Assembly (NCBI GenBank): GCA_965649165.1
Contig: CBFGJT010000001.1
Location: 139,853 to 203,852, forward strand
Direction: 5' to 3'
Source: a candidate division WOR-3 bacterium
GTDB taxonomy: Bacteria; Hydrothermota; Tepidihabitantia; Tepidihabitantales; Tepidihabitantaceae
Length of the DNA stretch: 64,000 nt
Part shown: in pieces, positions 17,848 through 28,160 of the stretch
Numbering within the stretch: the stretch's first letter is position 1
How the letters are laid out: each line of letters starts with the position of its first letter
Notes under the pieces: model-generated
What the model was told of the DNA's origin: nothing
The model's database searches: none
The model's input: only the letters and a program-made list of their open reading frames with translations
Translations under genes and position numbers: made by a program

Positions 17848-18393
17848 ATGATTCCGAAGCGAATTGAGGATGCCTTTAACGAACAAATTCGCCATGAACT
17901 AGAGTCAGCATATCTGTATCTTGCGATGGCCGCTTTTTTTGACAATGCGGGTTTTGCAGGCATGGGACGATGGATGCGAGCGCAGGTGCAGGAGGAACTG
18001 ACGCATGCGATGCGTTTCTATAAGCATATTATTGAGCGGGGCGGTGAGGTTCGGTTACAGCCATTGAATATCCTTGCCCATAAGTGGGATTCACCCTTGA
18101 AGGCATTTGAGGCGGCTTACGAGCATGAAAAGTTTATTACAGGCAAGATTCATGAACTGGTAAAACTGGCGCAGAGTGAAGGTGATTATGCTTCAAATTC
18201 ATTGTTACAATGGTTCGTTGATGAGCAGGTGGAAGAGGAGGAGAGTACGCTGACAGTAGCTCAGCAGTTGAGGCTTATTGGAGGAGACGGGAGAGGATTG
18301 CTAATGATAGATCGGGAGCTCGGACAGCGGACCTTTGTTCTGCCGCCGGAACTTGCTAATCTATACGCTCAGGGAACCGGAATTGCTGGTTGA
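17848..18393 (+). CDS. ftnA: Non-heme ferritin
   Basis: ELESAYLYLAMA; EELTHAMRF; HEKFIT; LQWFVDEQVEEE; AAGGAG SD before ATG 17848. Confidence 0.92.
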   Translation: MIPKRIEDAFNEQIRHELESAYLYLAMAAFFDNAGFAGMGRWMRAQVQEELTHAMRFYKHIIERGGEVRLQPLNILAHKWDSPLKAFEAAYEHEKFITGKIHELVKLAQSEGDYASNSLLQWFVDEQVEEEESTLTVAQQLRLIGGDGRGLLMIDRELGQRTFVLPPELANLYAQGTGIAG

Positions 18394-18413
18394 GTCGACT
18401 TGGAGATAATAAA

Positions 18414-19619
18414 ATGGCTTTTAAAGCGGTAAAGCTGACCGACGATGTCTACTGGGTGGGAGCAGTTGATTGGAATATCCGGGACTTCCATGGCTATTCT
18501 ACTGAGAGAGGTACGACTTATAACGCCTATTTGATTATTGCAGATCGGGTTACATTGATTGATACGGTGAAGGCACCGTTTAAGCAGGAAATGCTGACAA
18601 GGATTGCTTCGATAATCGACCCTAGTGAGGTAAGTTATATAATATCCAATCACGTGGAGATGGACCATTCAGGGGCTCTTCCCCAAATCATTACGGAACT
18701 GAAGCCAGAGAGAGTGTTTGCCTCGGTGATGGGTGTGAAGGCATTGAGTGAGCATTATCACCTGAAAACTGAAATTACTGCCTTAAAGGACGGTGATGAG
18801 TTGAGTCTTGGAAATATGAGACTCAAGTTCATCGAAACCCGTATGTTGCACTGGCCCGACAGTATGATGACCTATCTGGTTGAGCGGAACCTACTTTTCT
18901 CACAGGATGGTTTTGGAATGCATTTGGCAAGCGGTGAGCGTTTCGCGGATCAAATTGAAGAAGCGCTACTGAGACAGCAGGCAGCCAAGTACTATGCGAA
19001 TATTCTGCTTCCCTATTCAGCATTGGTATTGAAACTGATTGAAAGGGTGAGCACGCTTGGTTTCAGGTTTGATATTATCGCACCGGACCACGGGCCGGTC
19101 TGGAGAAAAAGCGGCGTCGATAAAGTTATCAGCTGGTATCAGGAGTGGGCGCAGCAAGTTCCGAAATCGAAGGCAGTGATTGTTTACGATACAATGTGGC
19201 AGAGTACCGATCAGATGGCACGCGCAATTGCTGATGGTATTATCAATGCGGGGGTGGAAGTTAAGGTTATGCGTTTGCGGGCGACTGACCGAAGTGATGT
19301 GATGACCGAAGTACTGGATGCTGGCGCAGTCATTGTAGGTTCACCAACAATAAACAACGGTCTTTTCCCCACAGTCGCCGATTTTTTGACTTACATGAAA
19401 GGGTTGAAACCCAAAAACAAAATCGGAGCCGCGTTCGGGTCTTACGGCTGGAGTGGTGAGGCGACGCAGTTGATCCATGAGGAACTGAAGTCCATAGGAG
19501 TGGAACTACCGGAAGATCCGCTGAAAATAAGATATGTACCGGACCGGGATGCACTTGTACGGTGCCGGGAATTCGGTCAGCGTCTGGCCGGTTCAATCAA
19601 GGAAAGGGCAGTTAAATGA
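18414..19619 (+). CDS. fprA: Class A flavodiiron protein (O2/NO reductase)
   Basis: GTTYNAYLI; NHVEMDHSG; HWPDSM; PDHGP; flavodoxin TMWQST and FGSYGWSG. Confidence 0.92.
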   Translation: MAFKAVKLTDDVYWVGAVDWNIRDFHGYSTERGTTYNAYLIIADRVTLIDTVKAPFKQEMLTRIASIIDPSEVSYIISNHVEMDHSGALPQIITELKPERVFASVMGVKALSEHYHLKTEITALKDGDELSLGNMRLKFIETRMLHWPDSMMTYLVERNLLFSQDGFGMHLASGERFADQIEEALLRQQAAKYYANILLPYSALVLKLIERVSTLGFRFDIIAPDHGPVWRKSGVDKVISWYQEWAQQVPKSKAVIVYDTMWQSTDQMARAIADGIINAGVEVKVMRLRATDRSDVMTEVLDAGAVIVGSPTINNGLFPTVADFLTYMKGLKPKNKIGAAFGSYGWSGEATQLIHEELKSIGVELPEDPLKIRYVPDRDALVRCREFGQRLAGSIKERAVK

Positions 19620-20338
19620 ATGGACAGTTTTATCAGCCGGCATTAGATAAATTTACTTACGGCCTTTATGTTGTTACAAGCATTGATACGGGGAAGCTTA
19701 ACGGATTAGTGGTTAACACTGTAGTTCAGGTGGCGCAGACACCGATGCTTGTTTCGGTAACCATTAACAAGAATTCGCTCACCAACGAATTTATTCGCAA
19801 AAGCGGGGTACTGGCGATATCGGTACTGGCTCAGGATACACCATTAGAGTTTATCGGCCGGTTCGGATTTCGTTCTGGCCGGGAGTTTGATAAGTTCGTT
19901 GGTGTAAATTACGTATTAGGAGTTACTGGTGCACCGATGCTGATTGATTATACCGTTGCTCAAATTGAGGCTCGGGTGCGGGAGCGTGTTGATTGTGTTA
20001 CCCATGATTTGTTTGTCGCTGAGGTAGTCAATGCCCGTGTTATCAGGGAAGCAGAACCGCTAACTTATGCTTACTATCATCTGGTCAAGAAAGGAAAAAC
20101 CGGCAAAGGTGCACCGACCTACCGGGGGGAAAACGAAGGACAGACGAAGGTAAAGGAAAACGAAGGGAGTGTAAAAATGAAACGGTATGTCTGTTCGGTT
20201 TGCGGGTATGTGTATGATCCCTCTGTTGGTGATCCAGAGAACGGAATTCCTGCCGGAACACCGTTCGAAAATCTGCCAGCGGAGTGGGTATGTCCGGTGT
20301 GCGGGGCAACTAAAGATCAGTTTGAGCCTGAAGAATAG
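19616..20338 (+). CDS. Flavin reductase-rubredoxin fusion (high-molecular-weight rubredoxin type)
   Basis: Flavin-reductase-like N-domain (TYGLYVVTS...THDLFVAEV); C-terminal [12 protein letters not shown]...WVCPVCGA. Confidence 0.88.
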   Translation: MNGQFYQPALDKFTYGLYVVTSIDTGKLNGLVVNTVVQVAQTPMLVSVTINKNSLTNEFIRKSGVLAISVLAQDTPLEFIGRFGFRSGREFDKFVGVNYVLGVTGAPMLIDYTVAQIEARVRERVDCVTHDLFVAEVVNARVIREAEPLTYAYYHLVKKGKTGKGAPTYRGENEGQTKVKENEGSVKMKRYVCSVCGYVYDPSVGDPENGIPAGTPFENLPAEWVCPVCGATKDQFEPEE

Positions 20339-20346
20339 ATAAAGGA

Positions 20347-21597
20347 TTACTGCGTTCGGCGCACAGTCCGCCGCCCGTGAATATAAACGGGCGGTTTTTC
20401 TTTTCTGATTACTTCCGGGGTGATAATGCACTCAACGATGTTTTGTCGTGTAGGCAGTTCAAACATGATTTCCAGCATTGTTTCTTCCAGTACCGCACGC
20501 AGGCCGCGGGCGCCAGTCCGCAATTCCAATGCCCGCTCGGCAACTGCAGCTAAAGCTTCGGGTGTAAAAGTTAGTTTAACTCCTTCCCGTTCAAAGTAAT
20601 AGGCATACTGCTTAAGCAGAGCATTTTTAGGCTGAGTAAGAATATCAATTAAAGCAGATTGCGAGAGATTGTGAAGGGGCACAATGACCGGCAGTCGGCC
20701 AACAAATTCGGGAATCATGCCATACTTGATTAAATCATCCGGTTGTACAAAACGGAGCAGTTCATCTTCATTCTGCGGATGTGGCTGTGTGATTTCGGCA
20801 GCAAAACCGATTGTCCCGGAACGGATGCGCCGTCCGATTATTTTTGTGAGCCCTTCGAATGTTCCACCGCAGATGAACAGAATATTTCTGGTATTTACCG
20901 GCAGAAACGACTGTTCCGGATGCTTTCTGCCGCCTTGGGGTGGCACATTGGCGACGGTGCCTTCAAGTATTTTCAAAAGAGCCTGCTGAACTCCTTCACC
21001 AGAGACATCTCTGGTGATTGAAGGGGATTCGGATTTGCGTCCAATTTTGTCGATTTCGTCAATGTAAACGATACCGACCTCAGCAAGCTGAATATTGCCG
21101 TTGGCCGCCTGAAGTAGTCTAAGCAGGATATTTTCAACATCTTCTCCAACATAGCCGGCTTCAGTTAACGGTGTGGCATCGGCGATTGCAAAAGGAACTT
21201 TGAGAAACCGGGCAAGCGTTTCCGCAATCAGTGTTTTGCCTACACCAGTAGCACCGATGAGCAGAATATTGCTTTTATCCAGCTGTGGTGCGGTCCGGGG
21301 AGCCGTGATCCGTTGGTAGTGGTTGTAAACGGCTACCGAGATTACTTTTTTAGCATACTCCTGTCCAATGACGTACTCGTCGAGAAATATCTTGATCTCG
21401 GGTGGTTTGGGGATTTCCCGCAGATATTCTACTATCCGGTTCTGTTCTTCAAAAAGGGAATAAGCGAGCCGGGTGCATTGCCGGCAGATTAGGCCGTTAC
21501 GGCCACGAACCAGCCGGTTACTGGTAGTTTCCGGAGTACCACAAAACGAGCATATGTTATGCGGCCTGGGTCGGGGTTGAGAGTGACGGGAACTCAT
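20347..21597 (-). CDS. clpX: ATP-dependent Clp protease ATP-binding subunit ClpX
   Basis: CSFC...CRQC zinc finger; [15 protein letters not shown]; [14 protein letters not shown]; IGF loop; GARGLR. Confidence 0.96.
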   Translation of the reverse strand: MSSRHSQPRPRPHNICSFCGTPETTSNRLVRGRNGLICRQCTRLAYSLFEEQNRIVEYLREIPKPPEIKIFLDEYVIGQEYAKKVISVAVYNHYQRITAPRTAPQLDKSNILLIGATGVGKTLIAETLARFLKVPFAIADATPLTEAGYVGEDVENILLRLLQAANGNIQLAEVGIVYIDEIDKIGRKSESPSITRDVSGEGVQQALLKILEGTVANVPPQGGRKHPEQSFLPVNTRNILFICGGTFEGLTKIIGRRIRSGTIGFAAEITQPHPQNEDELLRFVQPDDLIKYGMIPEFVGRLPVIVPLHNLSQSALIDILTQPKNALLKQYAYYFEREGVKLTFTPEALAAVAERALELRTGARGLRAVLEETMLEIMFELPTRQNIVECIITPEVIRKEKPPVYIHGRRTVRRTQ

Positions 21598-22178
21598 TTC
21601 CGCTTTTCTATCACTTCATCAATCAGACCGTACTGCTTGGCTTCCTGTGCCGACATGAAATAATTGCGGTCAGTGTCCTTGAGTATTTTTTCCACCGGCT
21701 GACCGGTGTGTTTGGCGAGAATTTCCGCCAAGAGTTCCTTTGCCCGGACAAGTTCCCGGGCGTGAATTTCGATATCTGTAGCTTGCCCGCTTAATCCATA
21801 TGCTGCCGGCTGGTGGATCATCATTCGAGAACGAGGAAGGGCGAACCTCTTGCCTTTTTCACCGGCTGCCAGCAACAATGCAGCGATCGATGCCGCCTCT
21901 CCGACACAGATAGTTGAAACCTTGGGGCGGATATACTGCATGGTATCGTAAATCGCCAGCCCGGCAGATACCACGCCGCCAGGTGAATTAATGTAGAGGT
22001 AGATATCCTTTTCTTGGTCCTCTGCCTCCAGATAGAGCAACTGGGCAACAACTAGATTAGCAACGGTGTCGTCAACCGGCTGTCCGAGAAAAATAATTCT
22101 TTCCTTAAGAAGCCGGGAGTAAATATCATATGCTCGTTCCCCCCGGCCGGTTTGTTCAATTACCATCGGAATTAACAC
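21594..22178 (-). CDS. clpP: Clp protease proteolytic subunit ClpP
   Basis: [14 protein letters not shown]; YINSPGG; AASIAA; MMIHQP; start placed at GTG 22178 (GGGGAGG SD 5 nt upstream). Confidence 0.95.
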   Translation of the reverse strand: MLIPMVIEQTGRGERAYDIYSRLLKERIIFLGQPVDDTVANLVVAQLLYLEAEDQEKDIYLYINSPGGVVSAGLAIYDTMQYIRPKVSTICVGEAASIAALLLAAGEKGKRFALPRSRMMIHQPAAYGLSGQATDIEIHARELVRAKELLAEILAKHTGQPVEKILKDTDRNYFMSAQEAKQYGLIDEVIEKRK

Positions 22179-22209
22179 GGGAGCCTCCCCTGGTTCCTGA
22201 TTTTTGATT

Positions 22210-23442
22210 TTACCGTTCATTTGCTTGGTTCTTGACTGATGCTCGATCAAGAATTAGTTGCAGAACCTTGTCCTGCAGTGTTTGAAAGCGGTATGAGGAG
22301 TTATCGAGATAGGGAGCAATTTCCTCCGGTTTGCGTCCGGTCGTCTGGGCTAGGGTCTGAATCCGAGATTTGATTTCTTCGTCGGTGACAGCAAGATTTT
22401 CCTTCTGGGCGATGCGCAGCACAATACAGTCAAACCGTGCAGATTTCAGTGCCGCCGGTTTCAGTTTCTCCCGGACCTCCGGTGTGTCCGGCAAATTGAA
22501 CTCGCGAAGGAGCCGGTCGAGATGCGCTTGTATCCAGGAGGCAGGCGGTTCGAACTGGTAACGAGATGTTAGCTGGTCGATAATCTGCCCCTGGAGCTCT
22601 GATTTCATCTGTTCTTCACGGTCAGCCAGAATCTCCTCGTTGATCGCCTGGCGCAGGGCATCCAAGTTTTCATAACCCAGGTCCTGGGCAAATTCATCGG
22701 TCACTTCGGGAAGAATTTTTTCCCGGACTGCCCGAACTTTCAAATGATAGGTAATGGTTCTTCCGGCAAGATTTTTATCGGGATGATCGGCAGGAAATGT
22801 AATGTCCGCTGATCTTTCGTCCCCCGGGGAAACTCCGGTGAGTGTCTTGTTGATATCTGGGTGATTCCCTTCTGCTCCTACCTCCAGTGCCACATTTGAC
22901 TTCTGACCGGTAACGATCTTGTCTCCTTCTCGGAGGGTGTAATCTACAACTACATAGTCGCCCGGCTGGGCGGGGCGCTGGACCGGCTGGAATACCGCAC
23001 ACCGGTTCCGCAGGGCGGCGAGTCTTTTGTTAAATTCCTCGTCAAAGCCCACTGGCGGACGGCGCTCGAGCGTGAGTGTGGTGTAGTCATCAAGCTCAAA
23101 TTCCGGTATAATTTCAATTGCGGCTTTTACCCGGAGGGTTTTATCAGGAGTGATCTCGAGGTCCTCAATCCTTGGTCGGGAAGCGGGTTTAATACTGTTT
23201 TTTTCCAGTGCCTCGGTTAAAGCCTGTTCCACTAGTTCTTCAGCTGCTGCCGATTCGAGTGCATTTCCCAAGCGCCGTTCGAGGATGTGTTTTGGTACTC
23301 TTCCGGGGCGGAATCCCGGTATCTTTGCTTTATCCCTGTATTCTTCAAGCAGGGCTTCAACCTTAGATTTCAAGAGTTCGGGTTCAAACTCAATTTCAAT
23401 TTCGCGCAACCAATCTTGGGGCGATTTTATTCTGATTTCCAA
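22210..23442 (-). CDS. tig: Trigger factor
   Basis: [10 protein letters not shown] ribosome-binding motif; FKBP-like middle domain; start placed at TTG 23442 after AAAGGAG; tRNA-Leu-tig-clpP-clpX synteny. Confidence 0.92.
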   Translation of the reverse strand: MEIRIKSPQDWLREIEIEFEPELLKSKVEALLEEYRDKAKIPGFRPGRVPKHILERRLGNALESAAAEELVEQALTEALEKNSIKPASRPRIEDLEITPDKTLRVKAAIEIIPEFELDDYTTLTLERRPPVGFDEEFNKRLAALRNRCAVFQPVQRPAQPGDYVVVDYTLREGDKIVTGQKSNVALEVGAEGNHPDINKTLTGVSPGDERSADITFPADHPDKNLAGRTITYHLKVRAVREKILPEVTDEFAQDLGYENLDALRQAINEEILADREEQMKSELQGQIIDQLTSRYQFEPPASWIQAHLDRLLREFNLPDTPEVREKLKPAALKSARFDCIVLRIAQKENLAVTDEEIKSRIQTLAQTTGRKPEEIAPYLDNSSYRFQTLQDKVLQLILDRASVKNQANER

Positions 23443-23466
23443 ATATGCTCCTTTGATTTTTACTGA

Positions 23467-23549
23467 TGCGAGGAGGGGGAATTGAACCCCCATCCCTTTC
23501 GGGACCAGATCCTAAGTCTGGCGCGTCTGCCAAGTTCCGCCATCCTCGC
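23467..23549 (-). tRNA. tRNA-Leu (TAG); CCA not encoded
   Basis: Reverse complement GCGAGGATGGCGGAACTTGGCAGACGCGCCAGACTTAGGATCTGGTCCCGAAAGGGATGGGGGTTCAATTCCCCCTCCTCGCA; long variable arm. Confidence 0.96.
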
Positions 23550-23567
23550 CTGAAATTAGCAGTTTTG

Positions 23568-23595
23568 ATTTTAAGCTGCATTATCAAAAAGTCAA
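23568..23595 (-). promoter_or_regulatory. Promoter of tRNA-Leu-tig-clpP-clpX
   Basis: TTGACT, 16 nt, TAAAAT. Confidence 0.65.
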
Positions 23596-23634
23596 GGAAA
23601 CGTGGCGGTATTCACGGAAATATTGATATTCTGG

Positions 23635-23662
23635 TTGACTTGAATCAGATTAAGCCTATTAT
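23635..23662 (+). promoter_or_regulatory. Promoter of the PKD-lipoprotein/M14 operon
   Basis: TTGACT (23635-23640), 16 nt, TATTAT (23657-23662). Confidence 0.6.
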
Positions 23663-23673
23663 TTTTAAAATAT

Positions 23674-24315
23674 ATGAACTATCGGAACTTGGTCGTCCTT
23701 TCTGTTTTAATTTTGGGCTGCCATAACCAACCGCCTTCGGTGCCGATTATCTTTGGACCGCAGCGGGGGAGACCGAATGACACATTGGTTTTTTCTGTAA
23801 TTTCAGTTGACCGGGAAGGAGATTCAGTTGCCTACCTGTTCGAGTGGAGTAACCAGAGCAGCCCGGGTTGGTCCGAGTGGTTTCCTCAGGGTGTGGAGAT
23901 TGTAACACAGTTTTCATTTGCCGATACCGGAAGCTTCTTTATCCGGGCGAAGGCACGCGACCGCCACCATGAATCCGGCTGGTCAGAGAGTCTGAACGTG
24001 ACTGTCCGGTGGTATGTGCCTTCAGTACCGAGGAAACCGGCAGGTCCGGATACAGTAATCTCCGGCGATAATGTAACATTTTACTCTTCAGCACTTCATC
24101 CTCTGAATGAAAGGGTGGCAATTCAATTCTGCTGGGGTGATACAGTTGATGTGTGGAGTGATTATGTCCTGCCCGGAACGATAGTTGCGAAAAGTCATGT
24201 TTTTACGATAGAGGGGGAGTTTGAAGTTCGCTGCCGAGCAAAGGACGAGCAAGGTTATTTATCTGACTGGTCTGCGCCTGAAACTGTATTTGTTCAAACC
24301 GGGCAGACACGTTGA
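23674..24315 (+). CDS. Lipoprotein with two tandem PKD/Ig-like beta domains
   Basis: LILGC lipobox; two similar repeats (PSVP..P.GP...W...WS.....G....RAKARD/RCRAKD..WS). Confidence 0.7.
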   Translation: MNYRNLVVLSVLILGCHNQPPSVPIIFGPQRGRPNDTLVFSVISVDREGDSVAYLFEWSNQSSPGWSEWFPQGVEIVTQFSFADTGSFFIRAKARDRHHESGWSESLNVTVRWYVPSVPRKPAGPDTVISGDNVTFYSSALHPLNERVAIQFCWGDTVDVWSDYVLPGTIVAKSHVFTIEGEFEVRCRAKDEQGYLSDWSAPETVFVQTGQTR

Positions 24316-24340
24316 AAAACCAGAAAAAAAGGAGTTGTAA

Positions 24341-27300
24341 ATGAAGAGGTTAATGTCTTTATTGCTTACTACCGGTTGCCTGCTTGTTTGGGCACAGGAA
24401 CGGGAAATGAAGGTTCGTGTTAACTGTCCCAAGGTTCAGCTGCCATCGATTGCCCGCGAAGTGCTGGAATTCTATGAAGTAACTGAGGATTACTTTATTG
24501 GAGCGGTGAGCGAGTATACCTATGAGAGGTTGAAGAGTATCGGTTATCGCGTGGATGTGCTGGTACCCGATATGCAAAAGGAGGCAGCAGAACAGTGTTC
24601 AGGAGAGAATTTTGGTCGCTATCACTCGTATCAGGAGATTATGGATACATTTGCCCTTATTGCCACAATCCATTCCAACATCTGTCAGCTGGAGACCATT
24701 GCTGTTTCTCCAACTGGTAAATATGTAATTGCACTTAAAATTACCCAGAACCCTACGGTCGAGAATCATCGTCCCCGACTGGAATGGGATGGGACCACCC
24801 ATGGCAATGAAAATATCGGCACGGAAATCTGCTGGTATATTACCCGTCAGCTCACCGACAACTACGGGATTGATCCGCTGATTACCTATCTGGTGAATAC
24901 CAGAGAGATATGGATCATTCCGTGCGTTAATCCCGAAGGGTTGATTAACCGGACCCGGGGAAATTCCAACAGTATTGATTTGAACCGGGATTACGGCTAT
25001 GCTTGGAATCAGGAGTCTGGTGCCAATGTTCCCTGGAGTCAGCCGGAAATTCGCGGGTTGCGGAACTTTTTTACCTGTCGACCCTTTGTTATGACTATGA
25101 CCTATCACAGTGGTGCTACTTCGGTGATGTGGCCATGGAGTTATTCGCGGATTGCTACTTATGACAGCACTGCTCATGCCCAGTGGTGCCAGCAGTACGG
25201 TAGTATCACTGGTTATCCCGCATACCAGATTTCCCGTGGACTTTACGAATGCCAAGGAACTTCCACCGATTTTTATTACGGTGCCGAAGGTGCGCTCGGG
25301 TTTGCTGCTGAGGTGGCGTCCGGACAACCGCCGCCACAAAATCAGATTGATACGATCTGCCGGGCTAACTGGTCCGCGAGCAAACGGTGGATGATTCGTG
25401 GCGGTTACGGACTCCGTGGGTGTATTACCGATTCGGCTACCGGCCTGCCGATTAAAAGGGCAATTGTAATTTCTGAGCCGACCAACTGGATGGTTTATAC
25501 CGATACCTGTGGCTGGTTCTTTAAATATGTGCTACCCGGGACCTATTCACTGCGGGTGCTGGCGGACGGATATCAGCCGAAGACGGTCAGCGGAATAAGT
25601 GTGCCGGCTGATACCTTTGTGGTGATTAGTGTCAGTCTGTCTCCGGATACGACTGCACCGATTACTGGTTACAAAGTTACTACCTGGATCTGCAAGGACC
25701 CGAATCAAGCGGGTAATACGATGGGTCTGTTTGCACTTGGCAGACAAGATGCTCGCGTTCTCACCCTGACCAATCGGGGTATGGCGGTGATTGAACTGAG
25801 CGCACCGATTATAAATGGTCCCGGGACGGATTTTACGGTTTACTCCACTACAACTAAACCCTGCTCAGTTTATGTTTCTTCCGACTGGAACGGCCCCTGG
25901 AGTTTCTGTGCTTTTGGTAATGGCAGCATCGCCTGTGATCTGGCGAACGCTGGTGTTCCGTTTGCCAGTTATGTGCGGTTGAATGATGGCGGCCAGAGCT
26001 ATGATCTGGATGCGATTGAAGGAACGATAGTAAACGCACCGGCGCTGGTTTATCAGTCGCAGACAATTGTTGACTCACCGCCCGGTGGTAACAATGATGG
26101 CAGACTGGATTCTGGAGAAAGTGCTGGGCTAATCCTTGCACTGCGAAATGTCGGTAGAATTACCGCCAGTGATATTGCTGGGATTTTAAGAACTGATGAT
26201 ATCTATGTTTCAATTACTGATTCAAATGGATATTTTGGCAATATCCCGGCAGATTCGACCCGAAGTAATTATTCCGACCGGTTTACAGTGCAGGCATCGC
26301 CTCACACTCCCAGAGAACACAACGTCCGGCTGCGGCTTTACCTTCTTGGCAGTAATTATCATGACAGTCTTCTGCTAACTTTGACGGTAGGGGAACTGCG
26401 GGTTACCGATCCGATTCCGGACAACTCCGAGCCCACCCTTTATTATGCCTATGATGAGGTGGATACAGCTTATGCTGAACATCCGGAGTTTGAATGGGTT
26501 GAGATCTACGGCATCGGCACCAGACTGTCGCTCTCCGATGATCAGACGGTGCAGGTCACTCTGCCGTCCGCATTCGGGCCGTTCGTTTTCTACGGCCAGT
26601 CCTATAACCAGATTTCAGTCTGTTCCAATGGTTGGATTGCACCGGGGATAACAAATAGAACTGACTATACCAATACCACGCTGCCAAATTCCAATATGCC
26701 ACAATTTATTGCTGCCAACTGGGATGATCTGGATCCAAGAAACGGCGACAGCGTCTGGTATTATCATGATGCCGCCAACCACCGGTTTATCATTGAATGG
26801 GATTCGGTGCACTACATCAGCAGCAGTGAATGGGATAAATTTGAGATCATTCTCTACGACACTACGCTCGCAGCTGAAGACGGCAATTCCAAATTCGTCA
26901 TTCAATATCTGACCGCAAATCGGCCCGGCAGTTCGGCAACGGTCGGGATTCAGGATCATACGAAGACCAAATTTATCCAGGTATTATACAACGGTACATA
27001 TCACCGTGCGGCGTCGCTCTGGATTCCGGGGCATGCGCTTCGGTTTTCCACCGACTGGCGAACCGGAACTAATGAAGAGGCAGCAGTGAATGGCATCCCG
27101 ATGCCGAAAATAACAGTCCAGACCAATCCGGTCCGGAAGGTGGTCAATCTCCGGCTGAATTTGCAGGCTTCCGGACTATCTGCCCTCATGGTCTATGACC
27201 GTTGCGGACGGCTAGTGCGTCGAATCAGTCCGGGAGATTTGCAATCAAGGACAGACTGGCTGACTCTGCGTCTTGTTGACCAGAAGGGGGTATACCTGAG

Positions 27301-27373
27301 TCCGGGTGTTTACTGGTTGAAACTGCTAACCGATACCGGTTCGACAAGTGTTAAAATCTCCGTAGTACGTTAA
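24341..27373 (+). CDS. Secreted M14 zinc carboxypeptidase with beta-sandwich domains and a T9SS/FlgD-like C-terminal domain
   Basis: Signal peptide; THGNE; NSIDLNRDY; MTYHSG; general-base EVA; C-terminus PGVYWLKL...VKISVVR. Confidence 0.85.
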   Translation: MKRLMSLLLTTGCLLVWAQEREMKVRVNCPKVQLPSIAREVLEFYEVTEDYFIGAVSEYTYERLKSIGYRVDVLVPDMQKEAAEQCSGENFGRYHSYQEIMDTFALIATIHSNICQLETIAVSPTGKYVIALKITQNPTVENHRPRLEWDGTTHGNENIGTEICWYITRQLTDNYGIDPLITYLVNTREIWIIPCVNPEGLINRTRGNSNSIDLNRDYGYAWNQESGANVPWSQPEIRGLRNFFTCRPFVMTMTYHSGATSVMWPWSYSRIATYDSTAHAQWCQQYGSITGYPAYQISRGLYECQGTSTDFYYGAEGALGFAAEVASGQPPPQNQIDTICRANWSASKRWMIRGGYGLRGCITDSATGLPIKRAIVISEPTNWMVYTDTCGWFFKYVLPGTYSLRVLADGYQPKTVSGISVPADTFVVISVSLSPDTTAPITGYKVTTWICKDPNQAGNTMGLFALGRQDARVLTLTNRGMAVIELSAPIINGPGTDFTVYSTTTKPCSVYVSSDWNGPWSFCAFGNGSIACDLANAGVPFASYVRLNDGGQSYDLDAIEGTIVNAPALVYQSQTIVDSPPGGNNDGRLDSGESAGLILALRNVGRITASDIAGILRTDDIYVSITDSNGYFGNIPADSTRSNYSDRFTVQASPHTPREHNVRLRLYLLGSNYHDSLLLTLTVGELRVTDPIPDNSEPTLYYAYDEVDTAYAEHPEFEWVEIYGIGTRLSLSDDQTVQVTLPSAFGPFVFYGQSYNQISVCSNGWIAPGITNRTDYTNTTLPNSNMPQFIAANWDDLDPRNGDSVWYYHDAANHRFIIEWDSVHYISSSEWDKFEIILYDTTLAAEDGNSKFVIQYLTANRPGSSATVGIQDHTKTKFIQVLYNGTYHRAASLWIPGHALRFSTDWRTGTNEEAAVNGIPMPKITVQTNPVRKVVNLRLNLQASGLSALMVYDRCGRLVRRISPGDLQSRTDWLTLRLVDQKGVYLSPGVYWLKLLTDTGSTSVKISVVR

Positions 27374-27378
27374 GCATA

Positions 27379-27843
27379 ATGAGACCTGCAAAAATCATCC
27401 GACGTCAGAGCTGGGATGAGTATTTTATTGGAATTGCCCAGCTGGTTGCTCAGCGTTCTACCTGTCTGCGACGAAAGGTTGGAGCGGTTTTAGTCCGGGA
27501 GAAGAGAATACTCTGCACCGGTTATAACGGAGCACCGCATGGTCTTGTCCATTGTGAGCAGGCAGGCTGTCTGCGGGAGCGGCTGCACATTCCTGCGGGA
27601 GAGCGGATTGAAATCTGCCGCGGAATACACGCGGAGCAGAATACGCTGGTTCAGGCTGCCAGTTTCGGCATACAGGTCTCCGGTGCGACCCTGTACTGCA
27701 CACATGCGCCCTGTATTACTTGCGCCAAGATGCTAATCAACGCTGGCATCAGGGAGTTTGTGATTGCCAATGACTATCCGGATGATTTAGCCCGAAAGAT
27801 TCTCCGGGAAGCAAAAATAAAGGTACGCAGAGTACGGGTATAA
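27379..27843 (+). CDS. dCMP deaminase / ComEB-family cytidine deaminase
   Basis: RSTCLRRKVGAV; GYNGAP; HAEQN; PCITCAKMLIN. Confidence 0.9.
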   Translation: MRPAKIIRRQSWDEYFIGIAQLVAQRSTCLRRKVGAVLVREKRILCTGYNGAPHGLVHCEQAGCLRERLHIPAGERIEICRGIHAEQNTLVQAASFGIQVSGATLYCTHAPCITCAKMLINAGIREFVIANDYPDDLARKILREAKIKVRRVRV

Positions 27844-27859
27844 AGGGCGGAGAAAAAAT

Positions 27860-27887
27860 TTGACCGGAGAATGGAAAGGGGTATATT
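27860..27887 (+). promoter_or_regulatory. Promoter of the ptsH-ptsI operon
   Basis: TTGACC (27860-27865), 16 nt, TATATT (27882-27887). Confidence 0.6.
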
Positions 27888-27899
27888 TAGCCACCGCTG

Positions 27900-28160
27900 A
27901 TGATCAGAGAGGAAGTTATTATCGGAGGTCCGGTCGGGCTGCATGCCCGGCCTGCAGCGGAGTTTGTAAAGCTTGCTGAACGTTTCAAGTCCCGGGTCCG
28001 GCTGGCAAAGGACGGCATCTGGGTTAATGGCAAGAGCATTCTGGCGATTCTGACTCTGGCGGCGGAAAAGGGGAGTACGGTTATCCTTGAGGTCAGCGGT
28101 GAAGATGAGGACGAGGCATTTCCGGTTCTTAAGGAGAAACTGACGGGTGATGAGGGTTAA
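27900..28160 (+). CDS. ptsH: PTS phosphocarrier protein HPr
   Basis: GLHARPAA (His15 site); NGKSILAILTL (Ser46 site). Confidence 0.95.
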   Translation: MIREEVIIGGPVGLHARPAAEFVKLAERFKSRVRLAKDGIWVNGKSILAILTLAAEKGSTVILEVSGEDEDEAFPVLKEKLTGDEG

